Source: a virus. Taken from it: a stretch of DNA of 64,000 bases. Positions 44,706 to 56,011 of the stretch are shown here, piece by piece (within the stretch, counting starts at the first letter, position 1; every line of letters begins with the position of its first letter). Under the pieces are notes generated by a model. The model did not search any database. It saw only the letters and a list, made by a program, of their open reading frames with translations, and was not told the DNA's origin. A program made the position numbers and the translations under genes. The stretch covers positions 77,961 through 141,960 of the IMG/VR virus record IMGVR_UViG_3300035698_017437. The stretch is one strand, 5' to 3'.

Positions 44706-45203
44706 TTATTCTTTGTGATGGAAAAACATGGAAACTGTTACTTGAGCTATTTCCTCTGCCTCTCCGCTATATGATACTGGACTTACATTCATTGGAAAAC
44801 AATCAACTAATTTCACCCCTTTCCTTTCCTTTCCATTTTGATCAAATCCTCTTATAATCATTTGACCTACTATTTCTTCATAATATCTAACATATCCATC
44901 ATTTGTCAGAACAAAATCTAACCAATCCATGAAATATTGATATTCTGTTAGATCTACCGAACAATGGAAGGTCATATTTACCTCACCATAATTCACTCCT
45001 GTGGGAATATTCAAATGATGTCCTGCTCCCTCAAAGAATGGAGCGGTATCAACAGAAGCAGAAGGAAATTCTACACTTGAACAATTCATTCTAGTATTAA
45101 CATCCGCATTACCTAATGGTGATGAGATAATCACACCATATTTATTAGGATTCAATAAACTTTTCTTTTTTATTATACTCATATACTGAGATATAGAATT
45201 CAT
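44706..45203 (-). CDS. Tail tube initiator (gp54/gp19-like)
   Basis: PNKY.V, C.SVEFP, YFMDW, YYEEIVG, FP.NVSPV. Confidence 0.7.
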   Translation of the reverse strand: MNSISQYMSIIKKKSLLNPNKYGVIISSPLGNADVNTRMNCSSVEFPSASVDTAPFFEGAGHHLNIPTGVNYGEVNMTFHCSVDLTEYQYFMDWLDFVLTNDGYVRYYEEIVGQMIIRGFDQNGKERKGVKLVDCFPMNVSPVSYSGEAEEIAQVTVSMFFHHKE

Positions 45204-45784
45204 TAGTATTGACTCCTGGAGTCTCGCCACACTGCTTTAGATGATGCTCCAACGAATTTAGCCGAAGGAAGTAATATAGCATGAGGCCATTTTTTAGGTC
45301 TTATAATATTTATTTTAGATTTTACATGATTACTCAAATATCTATGTATACATGGACGAAAATATTTATATTTTGATGCCGCATTCAAAATCTGATAACT
45401 CAATTTCAATTTTGTAGTTTGATCAAATTTCACATTATTTATTACTTCCATCAATCTACCCAAAAGGGTTGCTCTCAGAGCAGGTGGCAAATAATGTAAA
45501 TTGATTCCCAACCAACCATCCTTATATATGTCAATAACTATTATCAATGGATATCTATCATAATAGTCCAGTGTTTTTTTATGTTTAGGATCATAAACGA
45601 AGAAAGCCATTTTACCAATATCAATTTGTCCATTTCTTTGGCGAAGATCTGAAGTTGTTCCACCTGGTTTATCGCCTAAAGATTTGAATTCTTCTTTGAA
45701 CCATTTCCTGGCATCCCTAATTTCCTCAGATTTATATTTTTTGCTTTCTACACCGAAAGAGGTTTTCTTATTTTTTTGTGCCAT
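45203..45784 (-). CDS. 2: DNA end protector gp2
   Basis: YDPKHK.TL.YYDRYPLI, GINLHYLPP..R, PC.HRYL..HV. Confidence 0.93.
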   Translation of the reverse strand: MAQKNKKTSFGVESKKYKSEEIRDARKWFKEEFKSLGDKPGGTTSDLRQRNGQIDIGKMAFFVYDPKHKKTLDYYDRYPLIIVIDIYKDGWLGINLHYLPPALRATLLGRLMEVINNVKFDQTTKLKLSYQILNAASKYKYFRPCIHRYLSNHVKSKINIIRPKKWPHAILLPSAKFVGASSKAVWRDSRSQY

Positions 45785-46364
45785 AATATCTCCGCTTTAG
45801 TTTTCTAGGCGCTTTTTTCTTCACAGGTTTTTTTCTCTTTCCTAAAGGTTTTCTTTTCAAAGGGAGAATTATTTTTATACCTAATTTTTTCAATGTATGT
45901 TCTGTCCAGATCTGAAACTCACAATCTTTCTTTTCAGCATATTTTATAGCAGAAGACCATTTATCTCTATTACATCTAAATGTTATAATTGCTCTATACT
46001 TCTTTTGGACTATAGGATGATAATAAGCTTTTGAAGATTCATTCAAAACTCCAGCTAACTCTTCCATCTTTTTATTGAATTTAGGTGGTGCCACCGTCTC
46101 CTTATGTGGCTTGACTTCAATCATTATTTTCTTACCATCCGCAAACTCAACATAAAAATCAACAAAATATCTTCTATTCTTCATTTTGAGAGTATCAAAA
46201 TATGGAACTACAACACATTCCGAAGACCACCGAACAACATTGGGATTCTTATCAAAAGCTTTACATACTGCCTTTTCCCATGTTGATCGTGTTATAATAT
46301 TCCCTATATTAGGTCCACAATATTTAGCAGGATTTTTAGGAGCAAATTTTGATTTATATGCCAA
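45768..46364 (-). CDS. 4: Head completion protein gp4 (TnsA-like nuclease fold)
   Basis: PKNP.KY.G....I..RS.WE, WSSE....PY, RYFVDF, IEVKP, KW. Confidence 0.92.
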   Translation of the reverse strand: MAYKSKFAPKNPAKYCGPNIGNIITRSTWEKAVCKAFDKNPNVVRWSSECVVVPYFDTLKMKNRRYFVDFYVEFADGKKIMIEVKPHKETVAPPKFNKKMEELAGVLNESSKAYYHPIVQKKYRAIITFRCNRDKWSSAIKYAEKKDCEFQIWTEHTLKKLGIKIILPLKRKPLGKRKKPVKKKAPRKLKRRYYGTKK

Positions 46365-46442
46365 GTGTATTGTCCTCTTGTGAAATGTTAATAAATAACT
46401 GTAATATAATAGTATTTATAACAAAGCTAAGGATATATAATA

Positions 46443-47144
46443 ATGACAATAAATGTTTATACAGGTAAGGATACACTTCCTCATTGTATTTTGATACCAA
46501 GTGAGGGACAAGATATCATTATTCATATGCCTATTTCAATAAACAGCACTATGATGCCTCAATGGGCAGGAGCAGAATTGGGTTGGGTTGGAAACGAAAT
46601 GAATAAAGCAAGTAATTCCAGCGAACAAGCCGAAGCAGACGCTTTGAAAAAGTTTGCCGCTTCAGGTATGGGAAGATTTGGAGCAAATATGAAAATTGCT
46701 GCTGCCAAAGGAGTTGGAGTAAATGAGGCAAGACAATTTATAAACAAATCTATATTGAATCCATTCAAAGAAATGTTATTCCAAGGAATTGATTTTAGAT
46801 CATTCTCCCTGTCATGGAATCTAAAACCAAAAAGTAAAGAAGAAAGTGATGCTATTCAAAAAGCTGTACATCAAATTCAATTGAATTCTTTACCTTCTAT
46901 TTTTGATGGAGGAACTGGTGGAACAATAAAATATCCTGGAACATGGGATATTTGTTTTGAACCTTCTGAAGATTTTCTACCAACATTCCTGAATAGTGTA
47001 TGTGTAAATATATCTGTTGATTATGGCGGAGGGGAATTACAATTTCATGAAGGAAATGCTCCTGTTGAAGTTGCTATAACTCTAAATTTTCAAGAGACTG
47101 AAATTCTATCTAAAGAAACTTTAGATGCTGGACATTGGGGTTAA
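46443..47144 (+). CDS. 48: Baseplate tail tube cap gp48
   Basis: NPF.EMLFQG..FR.F...W...P.S.EE; L.F.E.EIL. Confidence 0.85.
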   Translation: MTINVYTGKDTLPHCILIPSEGQDIIIHMPISINSTMMPQWAGAELGWVGNEMNKASNSSEQAEADALKKFAASGMGRFGANMKIAAAKGVGVNEARQFINKSILNPFKEMLFQGIDFRSFSLSWNLKPKSKEESDAIQKAVHQIQLNSLPSIFDGGTGGTIKYPGTWDICFEPSEDFLPTFLNSVCVNISVDYGGGELQFHEGNAPVEVAITLNFQETEILSKETLDAGHWG

Positions 47145-47147
47145 ATA

Positions 47148-47750
47148 ATGGATAATAAAATAACAAAAAGTTTTCCCAATAGAAATAAATTCTATTTTTA
47201 CGGAGTTGAAAATATTGATTACAACTTTAGAGGAGATAGAGATAAAGATTATATTATCACAATAAAAAATATTCTCCATAGATTTGATTTCTTGAATAAC
47301 GTAAAAAACTCTGTTGCTGGTTGGAATGAATGGATAATCAAAGATGGAGAAACTCCCGAATCTATTGCTAAGGATCTTTATAAAACTCCACATCTTTATT
47401 GGATTGTTATTGTATTGAATGATATCATTGATCCTTTATTCTCATGGCCTTTGACCGATACTCAATTATTTTATTATATAACTGAGATTTATGGTTCAGA
47501 TAAAAGAGAAGATATTCATCATTATGAAGCTGATGAGGATGGCAATGTAAATGCTTATCCTGAAGGAACTATTGTAGATTCTTCCTATCCTTATAACATC
47601 TTATCTATATCCAATTATGAATATGAAAGACGTTTGAATGAATCAAAGAGAAATATAAAATTATTGAGACCAGAAGTTTTAGGATCAGTATTATATGAAT
47701 TTTATTCTATCCAAAAAAGCAATTTTAGAAATGTGACGAGGAACATCTAA
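47148..47750 (+). CDS. 53: Baseplate wedge subunit gp53
   Basis: I.DGETPE.IA..LY....YWIV..LNDI.DP...WP; IHHYE; NYEYE..LNE.KR.IKLL. Confidence 0.92.
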   Translation: MDNKITKSFPNRNKFYFYGVENIDYNFRGDRDKDYIITIKNILHRFDFLNNVKNSVAGWNEWIIKDGETPESIAKDLYKTPHLYWIVIVLNDIIDPLFSWPLTDTQLFYYITEIYGSDKREDIHHYEADEDGNVNAYPEGTIVDSSYPYNILSISNYEYERRLNESKRNIKLLRPEVLGSVLYEFYSIQKSNFRNVTRNI

Positions 47751-49198
47751 TGGCCTGGAGTAACAAAAAAGAAGACAGAATACCAGGCGCTTATGAACTC
47801 CAAAGACTGCTTTATATTGGAATGTATGGTGAAGTTGATCTATCATTCATGTTTTCAGAAATAAACATATATGAAGATTTATTCAATAATTGTATTACAG
47901 GAAGTATTACACTAATTGATACCTATAATCTCATTTCCAACTTGCCTATAGTTGAAGGCGATATGGTAGAAATGTCTATGACTCTCAATATGGATGATAT
48001 AGTAGCTAATGATGCTGACCAAAAAGGCGAGCTAGATCTTGTGATGGAAGTAATAAAAATAGCAGACAAAACGCTTATAGGAAAAGATCAATTAGCATAT
48101 ACATTGATGTTGAGTTCCTCCGGTTGGAGTGATAACACTTGTCAAAGAATTTCAAAATCTTTTTATATGAAACCTTATTCTGATATGGTTCAACAAATTT
48201 TTGATGAATCTTTTCAAACTGGAGGTATTCAAGGAAAACTTCCATTATGGCCGATTGAAGTAGAACCAACAGATGGAGAATATTGTACAGTTATTCCCTC
48301 CTGGCATCCTCTTCAATGTTTCAATTGGTTAGCTTCAAGATCCACAGATGGTAAAGATGTTGCTAATTGGAGATTTTATCAAGATATAGACAGTTATAGA
48401 TTCAAATCAATAAACTCTTTGATGGCAGAACCAGAAAAGGGAGAACATTGGACACCTATTGTAAATATAACATCCGAAGGTCAAAAAGGAAATGTAGCTT
48501 TGAATCCTTTAGAACCTTATCTTACATTCCATAAAGTATCTTTCAAGGATTCTACTGATGTGTTGAGAAGTAACCTTAATGGTATGTTCGGTAATAATAT
48601 GGTAGAATATAATCTATATGATAAAATGCACAAAGAATGGAAAGATGATATAGGAGATACAGCACCAAATTATCTAGCTGATAAAGATTTTGATTATATA
48701 GAAAATTTCAAAGCTTTAGAACATTGTGATGGTGGAGGAGAACCTGTAGTGGAATTAGGAGCAAATGATAAATTTGTATATGGTCCAGGTCAATCAAAAA
48801 AAACTTGCGTGATAAAGCATGAAACTATGTTTGATGGACAAAAAACATATGATCATGAAAAATGGATGAGACAAAGAACTTCACAGATGGAAGCTTTGAA
48901 ATATATTGTATTGTCTGCTGATGGAATAGGAAATTTTGATAGAACTGTAGGAGATATGATATTATTAAATTTACATTCACCTCAATGGAATGCTGATTTT
49001 GATGCCAAAGAAGATTCTTTATATTCAGGTAGATATCTCATAACAGCATTGAGAAGAAGATTTACTCCTGATGTCCATAGTATGACTGTAGAATTAGTAA
49101 AAGATGATTGGAATAAAAAAGAAGTTGATCATATTTGGGAAGATTCTATTCTAAAAGAATCTTTATATCCTAGTGCTGGGGTTTATAATGGAAAGTGA
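47750..49198 (+). CDS. Baseplate hub protein (gp27-like)
   Basis: INIYEDLF...ITG.I...D...L...LPI; SGRYLIT.LR; located between 53 and 5. Confidence 0.7.
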   Translation: MAWSNKKEDRIPGAYELQRLLYIGMYGEVDLSFMFSEINIYEDLFNNCITGSITLIDTYNLISNLPIVEGDMVEMSMTLNMDDIVANDADQKGELDLVMEVIKIADKTLIGKDQLAYTLMLSSSGWSDNTCQRISKSFYMKPYSDMVQQIFDESFQTGGIQGKLPLWPIEVEPTDGEYCTVIPSWHPLQCFNWLASRSTDGKDVANWRFYQDIDSYRFKSINSLMAEPEKGEHWTPIVNITSEGQKGNVALNPLEPYLTFHKVSFKDSTDVLRSNLNGMFGNNMVEYNLYDKMHKEWKDDIGDTAPNYLADKDFDYIENFKALEHCDGGGEPVVELGANDKFVYGPGQSKKTCVIKHETMFDGQKTYDHEKWMRQRTSQMEALKYIVLSADGIGNFDRTVGDMILLNLHSPQWNADFDAKEDSLYSGRYLITALRRRFTPDVHSMTVELVKDDWNKKEVDHIWEDSILKESLYPSAGVYNGK

Positions 49199-50525
49199 AA
49201 AACAATTTATTGGTCAAGATGGTATGTTATGGTTCATAGGAACTGTTGAAGATATAAATGATCCTGAAATGCTTGGTAGAGTCAGAGTCCGAGTCATTGG
49301 AGTACATACTCAAAAGAAAAGTGATATACCAACTGAAGAATTGCCTTGGGCAATGCCTATTCAATCCTCTGATTCTGCTTCAATGAATGGAATCGGAAAT
49401 TCTCCAACAGGATTAGTTCAAGGATCTGTTGTATTAGGGTTTTGGTTAGATTCTGCTGACATGCAACAACCAGCAATTTTAGGTTCATTGGGCGGTATTC
49501 CTATGGTATTACCTGATGGTGAGATAGGATTCAATGATCCAGATGAATGTTATCCTATTGAATCAAGATTAGAAGAACCTGATACAAGTAGATTAGCAAG
49601 AGGAGATAAACCTCATCCAGGTACAGATTGGAGAATTGATAATGTGAAAACAGGATTATCTACATGTAATGGATCATGGAGCGAACCAGAATCTCCTTAT
49701 GCTACTGAATATCCTTGGAATCAAGTAAGAGAATTCAAATGGAATGAAGCTTGTGTTGGTAGAGATTGGGGACATTTTGAAGAATGGGATTCAACTCCGG
49801 ATGCTGAACGTTATTGTAGGATGCATTACCCATCAAATAATTTTCTTGAGATTCATCCTGATGGAAAGGAAGTCCGTAAAATCACAGGAGACAATTTTGA
49901 ATTAGATCTTGAGAATAAACATTTATATGTTGCTGGTGATTATAAAGTAACTGTTGATGGAGATAGAGATGAACATATAACAGGTGATTATTGTCTCCAT
50001 GTTGAAGGTAATTATTCTCAATATATTGATGGACACAAATATGAGAAGATTGGTTCATATAAAAGTTGTCTTATATCTTCATTCAATTCTAGAGTTGTAA
50101 AAGGATATGATTCTTCATGGGTTGGTGGAGCTAAAACTTCTACAGTAATTGGAGCAGAAGTTATTTCCATTGGATCTACTCAAATGACTACAGTTATTGG
50201 ACCCACAACAAAAAATTATCTTTCTACTCTTTTTATAAATGTAACTGGAATAACAACAAAAACACATATAGGTTCAGTTTTTGAAAATGTTGCCGGAAAT
50301 CAAGAGAAAAGAGTTGCTGGAAATATTTTGAATATTGCGGCAGAAATAGATAATTCCTCAGCAGGAACCTCAATAATTCAAATGGAGATTATTGATGTTA
50401 TTTCTGAATCAACTGATTTTACTGGAGATGTGTTTGTTGGTGGTATATTGATAGCTCCAAATAATATATTTGAAGCTCATGATTCTGGTGACCATCCAAT
50501 GGACGTTTTAATTCCAATAATATAA
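49188..50525 (+). CDS. 5: Baseplate central spike gp5 (OB fold + beta-helix, no lysozyme domain)
   Basis: WF.G.VED.NDP..LGRVRVR..G.H, LPWA, G..V.GF.LD....QP; YP.NQV; V.G repeats. Confidence 0.92.
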   Translation: MESEKQFIGQDGMLWFIGTVEDINDPEMLGRVRVRVIGVHTQKKSDIPTEELPWAMPIQSSDSASMNGIGNSPTGLVQGSVVLGFWLDSADMQQPAILGSLGGIPMVLPDGEIGFNDPDECYPIESRLEEPDTSRLARGDKPHPGTDWRIDNVKTGLSTCNGSWSEPESPYATEYPWNQVREFKWNEACVGRDWGHFEEWDSTPDAERYCRMHYPSNNFLEIHPDGKEVRKITGDNFELDLENKHLYVAGDYKVTVDGDRDEHITGDYCLHVEGNYSQYIDGHKYEKIGSYKSCLISSFNSRVVKGYDSSWVGGAKTSTVIGAEVISIGSTQMTTVIGPTTKNYLSTLFINVTGITTKTHIGSVFENVAGNQEKRVAGNILNIAAEIDNSSAGTSIIQMEIIDVISESTDFTGDVFVGGILIAPNNIFEAHDSGDHPMDVLIPII

Positions 50526-50540
50526 ATATTAGAGATAATT

Positions 50541-50975
50541 ATGCCATATAATACTCCCATATACACAGCTAAATATATAGCAGATACTCCCACAAGAGAA
50601 TATGCTGATTTTGATTTATCTTTCAAACCTCATCCTATAACCAATGATCTTGTTATGAAAAGGGATTTGGAATCTATCAAAGCGGCTGTAAAGAATATAA
50701 TTTTCCTCGCATTCAATGAGAAACCTTTTCATCCAGAAATTGGATGTGGAGTATATCAAAGATTATTTGAAAATATGGAATTACCTGGGATGAAATTCCT
50801 TATCAAGAGGGATGTAAGGGAAGCAATAACTTCATATGAAAAAAGAGTAAAGGTAAATGATGTTATTATTACCACAGAAGAAGATGGTAATGGTATACAT
50901 ATTGAGGTCATTTTCACTCCATTGAATACTACAGATCCTGTCCGAATCACCCATTTCCTAAAAATATTGAGATAA
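50541..50975 (+). CDS. 25: Baseplate wedge subunit gp25
   Basis: D.DLSF.PHP.T.D....D..SIK.AV.NI.....E.PF.PE.G; YE.RV; TATAAATA at 50521. Confidence 0.93.
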   Translation: MPYNTPIYTAKYIADTPTREYADFDLSFKPHPITNDLVMKRDLESIKAAVKNIIFLAFNEKPFHPEIGCGVYQRLFENMELPGMKFLIKRDVREAITSYEKRVKVNDVIITTEEDGNGIHIEVIFTPLNTTDPVRITHFLKILR

Positions 50976-50979
50976 TATA

Positions 50980-52812
50980 ATGACATTGAATACAAATAAA
51001 ATAAGCGTTTCGGAATTAGATTATGATCTACTAAAAAATTCTCTGAAAGAATTTCTTAGGGGACAAAATGAATTTTTAGATTTTGATTTTGAAGGATCTT
51101 CCATGAATATTCTTCTTGATGTATTAGCTTATAATACCTCAATGAATGGATTGATGGCTAATATGACAGGAAATGAAATGTTCCTTGATTCTGCTGATAT
51201 CCGAAGTTCTGTTGTTTCTCTTGCTAAACAAGTTGGATATTCTCCTAGATCTGTCCGATCAGCAAGAGCTTGGATAAATCTTTCTATTGATATCACTTCT
51301 TCTGGTCTTCCCCTAATAGATTATCCTGTAGAATTATATATGTCAGCAGGAACAAAATTTATTGGAACAGGAGATATCCAATTCAATACAATTGATGATA
51401 ATATCATACCTCAAGTTTCTGAAGGTGTATATGAAATAGAAAACTTTGAAATCTCTGAAGGAACATGGGCTTCTTTCAAATATGTTTTTGATTCTTCTAA
51501 TCCAGATCTAAAATTTATTATTCCTTCTCTAAATGCTGATATGTCTACTTTAGATGTTTATGTAGATAAAGGTACAGGTCAAGGTAATGAGGTCTTTACA
51601 GAAAGCCAAAATATAACAAAAATAAATTCCAATTCAAAGATTTATTTCCAACATGAAAGAGAAGATGGTAATTTTGAGTTGACTTTCGGAGATGGAATTT
51701 TAGGCGAATCCATTCCTGATGGATCCAATCTTACTTTATATTATATTATTTCTGCTCATAAAAGTGAAGCTAATGGGATTTCAAGTTTCTCCCCTAGCCA
51801 AACTATTGATATCGTTGGCAATACCCTTTATCAGACGATCACAACATCCATAGATTCTCTGAATGGAGCAGATAGAGAATCAACAGAAAGTGTTAGGACT
51901 AGAGCTCCACTAGCTTATGAAGCACAAAATAGAGCTGTTGTCACCTCAGACTATGAAACTTTGATGTATAGAGAATTTCCATTCATTGAAGCAATGAATG
52001 TTTGGGGAGGAGAACATAATGAGCCTCCAGTATATGGTAAAATATTTTTCTCAATAAAACCATATAATGGAAATTTTCTCTCTTATTCTTTGAAAGAACA
52101 AATAAAAACAGAACTTATTGAAAAGTATAATGTGATGCCTGTTATACCTGAAATTGTTGATCCGGAGTATCTTTATATTAGGATCATATCAGAAATATTT
52201 TATGATGCTAATGCTTCCTCTTCTTCAGAAGCGGATATAAAAAATCTTATTCAAGAAAATATAGATACATATTTTGAAAATACTGTACAAACTTTCAAAG
52301 CACCTTTCAAATTTTCACCAATGATTGCTATTATTGATGATAGTGAATTGAGTATTTCACATTCAAACACTGTTATTGAAATAGAAAAAATTGTTCTACC
52401 TACTATAGGATTAAGTGAAACACATATTTTCAGTTTCAATAATAAAGTAGAACCGTTATCAATTATTAGCACATATTATAATTATGGAACTGATGTAACA
52501 GATAACACTTTAGGATATATCAAAGATGATGGAGATGGAAATCTTGAGGTTTTCAATACTAAACTAAATACCAAAATCTATACTGTAGGCACAATTGAGT
52601 ATGAAACTGGAAATGTAGAATTTACTATTTTACCAACAGGATTGCCAATAACTTTAGATATGAGACTATATGCTATTCCCGAATCATATACTATTGATTC
52701 TGGATATAATCAAATTATTTTGAAAGATGATTCTGGAAAAGATCTTACTATAGGAAAGAAACAAGGAATTATTATTAATATGAATCAAATCTCAACTTCT
52801 CTTTACAAATAA
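50980..52812 (+). CDS. 6: Baseplate wedge subunit gp6
   Basis: LD.D..K..LK.FL..Q.EF.DFDFEGS....LLDVLAYN; AQNRAV...DY; WGGE. Confidence 0.95.
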   Translation: MTLNTNKISVSELDYDLLKNSLKEFLRGQNEFLDFDFEGSSMNILLDVLAYNTSMNGLMANMTGNEMFLDSADIRSSVVSLAKQVGYSPRSVRSARAWINLSIDITSSGLPLIDYPVELYMSAGTKFIGTGDIQFNTIDDNIIPQVSEGVYEIENFEISEGTWASFKYVFDSSNPDLKFIIPSLNADMSTLDVYVDKGTGQGNEVFTESQNITKINSNSKIYFQHEREDGNFELTFGDGILGESIPDGSNLTLYYIISAHKSEANGISSFSPSQTIDIVGNTLYQTITTSIDSLNGADRESTESVRTRAPLAYEAQNRAVVTSDYETLMYREFPFIEAMNVWGGEHNEPPVYGKIFFSIKPYNGNFLSYSLKEQIKTELIEKYNVMPVIPEIVDPEYLYIRIISEIFYDANASSSSEADIKNLIQENIDTYFENTVQTFKAPFKFSPMIAIIDDSELSISHSNTVIEIEKIVLPTIGLSETHIFSFNNKVEPLSIISTYYNYGTDVTDNTLGYIKDDGDGNLEVFNTKLNTKIYTVGTIEYETGNVEFTILPTGLPITLDMRLYAIPESYTIDSGYNQIILKDDSGKDLTIGKKQGIIINMNQISTSLYK

Positions 52813-52815
52813 GAT

Positions 52816-54648
52816 ATGAAAAATAGAAAACTAATATCTCTCCTTATTGAAAACCAATTGCCTCAATTTATTAGGATGGAATATCCCAATTTTGTTGCCT
52901 TTGTCAAGTATTATTATGAACATTCTGAACAAGAAGGAGAAGCTTATCATTTTCTAGCCAATTTGAATCAATTCGGTGATATTGATAATACAACTTTAGA
53001 ATTCTTGGATTTATTTGCCAACTCTTTTATGAAACATTTGAAACCTAAACAAAATGTGAATATTAGAACATTGATAAAACACGTTAGGGAATTTTATAAA
53101 TCTAAAGGTACAGAAAATGCTTTGAGATTTTTATTCCGAGTAATGTATAATGAGGAAATGGAAATATATTATCCTTCTTATGATATGTTGCGAGCATCTG
53201 ATGGTAAATGGACAAAACTGAAATCTATTCAATTTGAGAATTTTTATGGAGAAGATATAAAGAATAATATATCTTCTATTGTTACTGGTCAAACTTCTGG
53301 TGCTATAGGAATTATAGAAGAAATAACAACAGGAATATCAACAAGTGGAATAAATTGGTGTAAATTAGTTCTTGAACAGGTTGATCCAATATATCCTATA
53401 GAATTGTTTATAGTTGGTGAAGAAATAAATTTCACTTCTCTTGATGAAGTAAATGATTATTCAGGTATTATAGTAGATGCTGTTATTGATATTGAAATAA
53501 CTTTACCTGGAAGTAATTATTTAACAGGAGCAAAAATATTATTTACTCCAACAACTGGAGAGGATGTAGAACTTTCTTTGGGAGCCCTAACAAAAGGAGG
53601 TATAGATTCCATTGAAGTTGTTGATGGTGGATTGAATTATAACATAAATGATAGAATAACATTTGAAAATAATGTTGGTAGAGGTGCTTTAGCTAGAGTA
53701 GAAACAATTGACGGATCTGGAACTATCCTAACTATAAAAGTTATCAATGAAGGATATGATTATAGTATTATTCCAAGATATACCATATCTTCAGTATTAG
53801 GATCCTCCGCTATATTGAATATTGTTGGATCAAATATTGGTGGAATGAAAACTATCAATATTATAAATTCTGGATATGGATTCAATGGAGCTACTGATAA
53901 TCTAATATTTCCCTCTTCCTCAATATTGAAAGAAGAAACTGGTGTATTTGAATATGAAGAAGAAATTCAAGTATTGGGATCAAGAGTTGGAATAATAGCC
54001 CAAAGAGATATTGAAAAACATATTGCCATTATTTTATTAGACTCAGGACAATCATTAGTTGATTTAGATACTATTACTGGAGTAGATTCAGGTGCAACAG
54101 CAATAATCCATTCAATAAACACTACCGAAGGAAATGTTATATTAGGATCTTTATTCAATGAACAAGGAAAATATTTGAATACAGATGGTAAACTTTCTTC
54201 AGATAAATATATCCAAGATAGTTATTATTACCAAGTATATTCATATGTAATTGATAGTGCTGTACCTAAAACAGAATGGCAAGATTTAGTATATAATCTA
54301 CATAATCCATCTGGAATGTTACCTTTTGAATTGACTGGATATTCTCTAACTAGACCAGCTGAATTGGGTGGATTGATCGGTCCTTTATTTTGTACAATTG
54401 AAACAAACAGATTTGATTGGGGATTTACTGAATTTGAAAATGGAGCAATATCAACATATGGAAATACTCAAATAAAAGATTTTCATACTCACCAGATTTA
54501 TAGATATGGATATGTTGATATCCTTGATGATAACATCTATAGAACATCTGATGAAATAAATATTATCAATTCACTGAACTCCTTAGATGAATTGAATAAA
54601 ATAGAGTCAAGTAATCAATGTGCTGGCTCTTCCATAAGGATAGTATAA
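52816..54648 (+). CDS. 7: Baseplate wedge initiator gp7-like
   Basis: FYKSKGTE.A.RFLFR..Y; ASDGKW; IQDSYYYQVYSY; HP.G. Confidence 0.85.
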   Translation: MKNRKLISLLIENQLPQFIRMEYPNFVAFVKYYYEHSEQEGEAYHFLANLNQFGDIDNTTLEFLDLFANSFMKHLKPKQNVNIRTLIKHVREFYKSKGTENALRFLFRVMYNEEMEIYYPSYDMLRASDGKWTKLKSIQFENFYGEDIKNNISSIVTGQTSGAIGIIEEITTGISTSGINWCKLVLEQVDPIYPIELFIVGEEINFTSLDEVNDYSGIIVDAVIDIEITLPGSNYLTGAKILFTPTTGEDVELSLGALTKGGIDSIEVVDGGLNYNINDRITFENNVGRGALARVETIDGSGTILTIKVINEGYDYSIIPRYTISSVLGSSAILNIVGSNIGGMKTINIINSGYGFNGATDNLIFPSSSILKEETGVFEYEEEIQVLGSRVGIIAQRDIEKHIAIILLDSGQSLVDLDTITGVDSGATAIIHSINTTEGNVILGSLFNEQGKYLNTDGKLSSDKYIQDSYYYQVYSYVIDSAVPKTEWQDLVYNLHNPSGMLPFELTGYSLTRPAELGGLIGPLFCTIETNRFDWGFTEFENGAISTYGNTQIKDFHTHQIYRYGYVDILDDNIYRTSDEINIINSLNSLDELNKIESSNQCAGSSIRIV

Positions 54649-54655
54649 GGTTTAT

Positions 54656-56002
54656 ATGTCTGCTAAAATAACTTCAAAAACCAGAGTACATTCAGCCTCA
54701 GCTTTTATTGATACAATAGACAACTCTGATGTATATTTTTGTGCTGGAAGAACAGATAGTTGGGATGATGAAGGTGCTCCAGATACCATTGGAGAAGGAT
54801 CCGATGATGAAATAGAATTCAAAAGACAAACCGTTGCCTTAGTGAAATCTTCCATAGATGATTCATATTTAGGAATAAAAAGATATAATTGGTCCTCAAA
54901 TAACATATACACCGAATGGAGATCAGATAAAGATATGGGACGATATTATAATTGGAAAGGAAATGAAGCTCCCACATATGTCATGGTATATGATTCCGAT
55001 ACTGTCCAATATAATATCTATCTTTGTGTTTCTAATAATAAAGGAAACATATCAACAGAGTCACCAACAGGACAATCAACATCAATAATAACTTATGCCG
55101 ATAATTATAAATGGAAATTTCTATTCAATTTATCAACAGATTTAGTTACAGATTGGTTGACAGATATGTATATTCCTATTCCTTCTCCTGGAGATAAAAC
55201 TCCAGAACATTTAGCTGTTGAATCTTCCACAATTTCAGGAGCAATATATTCCATTATAGTTGATAATGGAGGAACAGGATTCAATGATTCAGATATAATA
55301 GAAGTTATTGGCGATGGAATAGATTGTGAAGTCTCCTTGGTTGTTGATAATGGAACAATAACAGATATTATTATTACAAATTCAGGATCTGGATATACAA
55401 AAGCTTCTATAAAAATAACATCTATTGGAGGATCTGAAGAAGATATTCATATTGTTATTCCAACCCTTGGAGGTTGGGGAAAAGAAGTTAAATTTGATAT
55501 AGGACCAAATTATGTGTTGATGAGAGCTGAATTCAATGACACATGTGGAGGAGTATTTCCAACTTCAGGAAATTATAGATCATTAGGAGTAATACATAAT
55601 GTTCTTGATATTGAAGGAACTGTATTAGAAGATCCTATTGGATATTCTCTCCTGTGGGATATGACAGTTGATAGTTTGAATGGTATGTTTCAAATTGGAT
55701 ATCCAATTGAAGGATATACCTCTGGAGCAACTGCCTCTTCAACTTCTGGTCCATTTAGTGCGAGTGGATCAGGAGCTTTTACCTTATCAAATATGTTTGG
55801 AACATTTCAAGTAGGAGAAACGATTTTTCAGACTGTAGAAGAAACTACCGTAACTGCTGTAATATCAGGAGTATCCGCACCTCAAGCAAACTCCATAAGT
55901 ATAGATACGTTATCTGGAAACTTACTTTATATGGAAAATATTCAACCAATATTCCGAAGTCCAGGACAAGCAGAATATTTCATACTCTCAATTGAATTCT
56001 AG
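54656..56002 (+). CDS. 8: Baseplate wedge subunit gp8-like
   Basis: RYNW, Y.C.SNN....ST..PT, D.YKWKFL, SG.LLY.EN..PI.R. Confidence 0.85.
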   Translation: MSAKITSKTRVHSASAFIDTIDNSDVYFCAGRTDSWDDEGAPDTIGEGSDDEIEFKRQTVALVKSSIDDSYLGIKRYNWSSNNIYTEWRSDKDMGRYYNWKGNEAPTYVMVYDSDTVQYNIYLCVSNNKGNISTESPTGQSTSIITYADNYKWKFLFNLSTDLVTDWLTDMYIPIPSPGDKTPEHLAVESSTISGAIYSIIVDNGGTGFNDSDIIEVIGDGIDCEVSLVVDNGTITDIIITNSGSGYTKASIKITSIGGSEEDIHIVIPTLGGWGKEVKFDIGPNYVLMRAEFNDTCGGVFPTSGNYRSLGVIHNVLDIEGTVLEDPIGYSLLWDMTVDSLNGMFQIGYPIEGYTSGATASSTSGPFSASGSGAFTLSNMFGTFQVGETIFQTVEETTVTAVISGVSAPQANSISIDTLSGNLLYMENIQPIFRSPGQAEYFILSIEF

Positions 56003-56011
56003 GAATAACCA